Source of the DNA: an uncultured virus (IMG/VR IMGVR_UViG_3300037466_001022) | Taxonomy: Duplodnaviria > Heunggongvirae > Uroviricota > Caudoviricetes | Reading direction: 5' to 3' (one strand) | Length of the DNA: 20,000 bases | IMG/VR virus record: IMGVR_UViG_3300037466_001022 | In this document: piece by piece, positions 17,701 to 20,000 of the stretch | Layout: the number at the start of each line of letters is the position of its first letter | Position numbering within the stretch: the stretch's first letter is position 1 | The notes under the pieces: model-generated | Seen by the model: the letters and a program-made list of their open reading frames with translations, nothing else | Told to the model about the DNA's origin: nothing | The model's database searches: none | Translations under genes and position numbers: made by a program

Positions 17701-18195
17701 GTGAAAACCTTAAGCCAACTACTGTCAGAAACGAGACATGAAAAGGTGCAAGAACAGACACCACCTGTTTCTATGGTAGAGGCAACAGACGTAATTACAC
17801 CAGATCAACTATACCACGATTTCGATGTTGATGGAGATGGTGTTGTATCTGTAGACGACTATGCATCAAAGATTCTTTGGCATGAGACTCATCCCGGAAA
17901 GTTGGAATGGATTATGGGTAATATGGACGGTGTCCATTTGGAACATGCTGCAAGCGAAGATTCATCATGTGCCGTTTCTCTTCATGAAGACTATGATAGA
18001 AGGGTCGAAACAGAGAATTTGGATGAAAATACCAAAGGTTCTTTGATGCCACCGTCAATGATCGTAATGAAACGTGTTGCTATCCGACAATATCCCAATG
18101 GTCAGAAGGTGGCTCTTTACTACGCCAAGACAATTAATAAATATTTGACAGTTCCCTACAACGACATTGGTATCGCAGACTTAACGAAGGAATGA
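17701..18195 (+). CDS. Putative internal head protein with single EF-hand loop and conserved C-terminal domain
   Basis: GTG start, MKTLSQLLSE leader; DVDGDGVVSVDD loop; C-terminal PP...VMKR.AIR.YPNGQKVALYY......Y.TVPY. Confidence 0.72.
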   Translation: MKTLSQLLSETRHEKVQEQTPPVSMVEATDVITPDQLYHDFDVDGDGVVSVDDYASKILWHETHPGKLEWIMGNMDGVHLEHAASEDSSCAVSLHEDYDRRVETENLDENTKGSLMPPSMIVMKRVAIRQYPNGQKVALYYAKTINKYLTVPYNDIGIADLTKE

Positions 18196-18200
18196 TCTAA

Positions 18201-18794
18201 ATGACTCTACAAATTGGTAGCCTAGTACGCCCAACGGCAGGGCCACACAAAAACCAGGTCCATGAAGTTGTCCATATTTTCGAAGATGGACATGCAAACA
18301 TTCGCCCTGTAGAAGGCGAATGCTTGTATGAAGATGGATTGGTTACATGTGATCCAAAACTCCTTCAAGAAGAATTCATTGTTGAAGAATACCAGGAGCC
18401 CTATGGACACTGGTTTACGTCCATGTCTGAAAAGCAAAAGACGGCCTATCGCAAGAATCATCCAGATGCCCAAGGCACTTATGGTCATGCTCCTGGATCA
18501 GTCAAGCATTATAGGGCACTGTCACAGGCACATGAGAAATATGCCGACTTTCATAAAGATCGTTTGGAACATCATGAAGACAAGCGCCATGCAGAATCAC
18601 AGAAAACCAAACCAGACTATGAAGCAATGGATCATCATTCTAGTGCAAGACATGGACATGCTACAGAATTCCATAATCATACGATGGCAGCAGCACATTA
18701 TGGCTCTCTAGCTCGCGGCGGGTCTCCAAGTTATGACAAATGGATTCCAAAGCGTCATAATGAAGTCTCACCCGCAGAACCAGCAAGGTATTAA
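18201..18794 (+). CDS. Hypothetical protein: SH3/KOW-like N-terminus, acidic linker, His-rich C-terminus
   Basis: IGSLVRPTAGPHKNQVHEVV N-terminus; LQEEFIVEE linker; 13 His within ~67 aa. Confidence 0.7.
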   Translation: MTLQIGSLVRPTAGPHKNQVHEVVHIFEDGHANIRPVEGECLYEDGLVTCDPKLLQEEFIVEEYQEPYGHWFTSMSEKQKTAYRKNHPDAQGTYGHAPGSVKHYRALSQAHEKYADFHKDRLEHHEDKRHAESQKTKPDYEAMDHHSSARHGHATEFHNHTMAAAHYGSLARGGSPSYDKWIPKRHNEVSPAEPARY

Positions 18795-18797
18795 TAA

Positions 18798-19241
18798 ATG
18801 CCAATTTCCAATACACAAATCCTTCTAGATACCCAGAAACGCACCGTTGTTAAGGTAACGGGTTCTGGAACTGATGTTGCAAACACGACAATCATTAATG
18901 CCAATACATTGAATGGGGCCATTTCTGGTCTTGGATATCACGAGGTTGATGTTCGCAAGATCATCTATTCAATCACAGATGGTGGTGGTTATGTCAAACT
19001 TTATTGGCAGGGTGCGTCCGCCAACGTCGATATGGTAAACATCACAGGTCAAGGTGTTCTAGAATTCCAGCCAGAAGCAATGGTATTGAATAACAATGCT
19101 ACCAATCCATCTGGAAATATTGGATTTTCAACAACTGGTATGTCTGCAAACTCCGCATATACTGTAATCCTTGATTTGAGAAAGAATACCGCACACTTCG
19201 ATCCAGGTTCAGCACTTGACCCAGCCGCTTTCAACAGATGA
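18798..19241 (+). CDS. Conserved hypothetical beta-sandwich virion protein preceding gp68/gp21
   Basis: QIL.DT....V.K.TG, V.L.W, I/L.NNA..P.GNI, YTVILDLRK, DPAAFN; recalled as recurrent at this locus in large T4-like phages. Confidence 0.7.
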   Translation: MPISNTQILLDTQKRTVVKVTGSGTDVANTTIINANTLNGAISGLGYHEVDVRKIIYSITDGGGYVKLYWQGASANVDMVNITGQGVLEFQPEAMVLNNNATNPSGNIGFSTTGMSANSAYTVILDLRKNTAHFDPGSALDPAAFNR

Positions 19242-19515
19242 TTTTGAATTTCTAGACGAGGCGGCATTTAGATATGTCACACGAGTCAGAAATGGAAAAG
19301 TCATTCGACGCGCCAAAGTCAAAACTGTTAAGAGAAAAGGATATAAACTCCGTGGTAACAGATTGGTGCGAGAAAGTGCGGCTGAAATTCGAAACAGACG
19401 TCGTGCGGCGATTAAAGCTACAAGGAAGCGTAGGTCTAAACGCTCCCAATCAAACAGAAAGCGTGCAAGATCACTCCTAAAGAGACAAAGATTGCATCTA
19501 AAGAGGAAAAGATAA
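19216..19515 (+). CDS. gp68: gp68-like highly basic prohead core protein
   Basis: RVRNGKV.RR...GYKLRG..LVR.S..E.RNRR...KR..SL.KR; directly upstream of gp21; TTG start with CAGGT SD-like element; FLDE/A motif. Confidence 0.78.
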   Translation: MTQPLSTDDFEFLDEAAFRYVTRVRNGKVIRRAKVKTVKRKGYKLRGNRLVRESAAEIRNRRRAAIKATRKRRSKRSQSNRKRARSLLKRQRLHLKRKR

Positions 19516-20000
19516 ATGATCCTATTAACAGAAGAGATCAACGACATTGAATATTTGACTGAAGGTACCGGCGCGAACAAGGCTTATTATATTACTGGCC
19601 CCTTCATTCAGCCTGGTGTCAAGAATGGCAATGATCGTATCTACCCAGAACACGTTATGGATCGTGAAGTAGAGTCTTACACCAAGAAATATATCAATGA
19701 AAATCGTGCTTTCGGAGAACTGGGTCATCCCGATGGTCCAAAGATCAATCTTGATCGTGTCTCTCACATCATCAAGAGCCTAAAGAAAGAAGGACGCGAT
19801 TACTATGGTAAAGCAAAGATTATGGACACCCCTTATGGCAAGATTGTCAAGAACTTTCTTGATGAAGGTGCTAAAATTGGTGTTTCTACTCGTGGTGTTG
19901 GCACTGTTACCAAGAAGAATGGAATTGCCTATATTAATGAAGACTACCGACTATCCACTGCCGCCGATATCGTAGGAGACCCATCAGCCCCGGATGCTTT
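19516..20000 (+). CDS. gp21: Prohead core scaffold protease gp21 (3'-truncated; absent from ORF track)
   Basis: Manual translation: MILLTEE...YITGPFIQ..VKN.N.RIYP...RAFGELGHPDGP.INLDRVSH...GVSTRGVG...DIVGDPSAPDA; His/Ser/Asp triad motifs present. Confidence 0.96.
   Translation, partial: MILLTEEINDIEYLTEGTGANKAYYITGPFIQPGVKNGNDRIYPEHVMDREVESYTKKYINENRAFGELGHPDGPKINLDRVSHIIKSLKKEGRDYYGKAKIMDTPYGKIVKNFLDEGAKIGVSTRGVGTVTKKNGIAYINEDYRLSTAADIVGDPSAPDA

Overview
A co-directional (+ strand) virion-morphogenesis region of a T4-superfamily (Tevenvirinae-like / large marine-freshwater T4-like) myophage. Order: two small paralogous proteins ending in collagen-like GPP repeats, a 2OG-Fe(II) prolyl-hydroxylase-like oxygenase, small hypothetical proteins, a 979-aa heptad-repeat fibre in the wac position, gp13, gp14, gp15, gp16, gp17, HNH/NUMOD3 endonuclease, gp18, Zn-finger HNH endonuclease, gp19, GIY-YIG endonuclease, gp20 portal, an expanded ~3.3 kb block containing the gp67 and gp68 homologues, and a partial gp21 prohead protease. 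The most unusual part is that block: an array of small proteins with T4 internal-protein-like capsid-targeting leaders (MKT..Q...E) and L/I-x-E protease motifs. It includes a gp67 fused to three copies of a basic helical module, two free copies of that module, a HiPIP-like [4Fe-4S] protein, an EF-hand protein and a His-rich protein. Gene calls rest on remembered family motifs and synteny; no database search was run.
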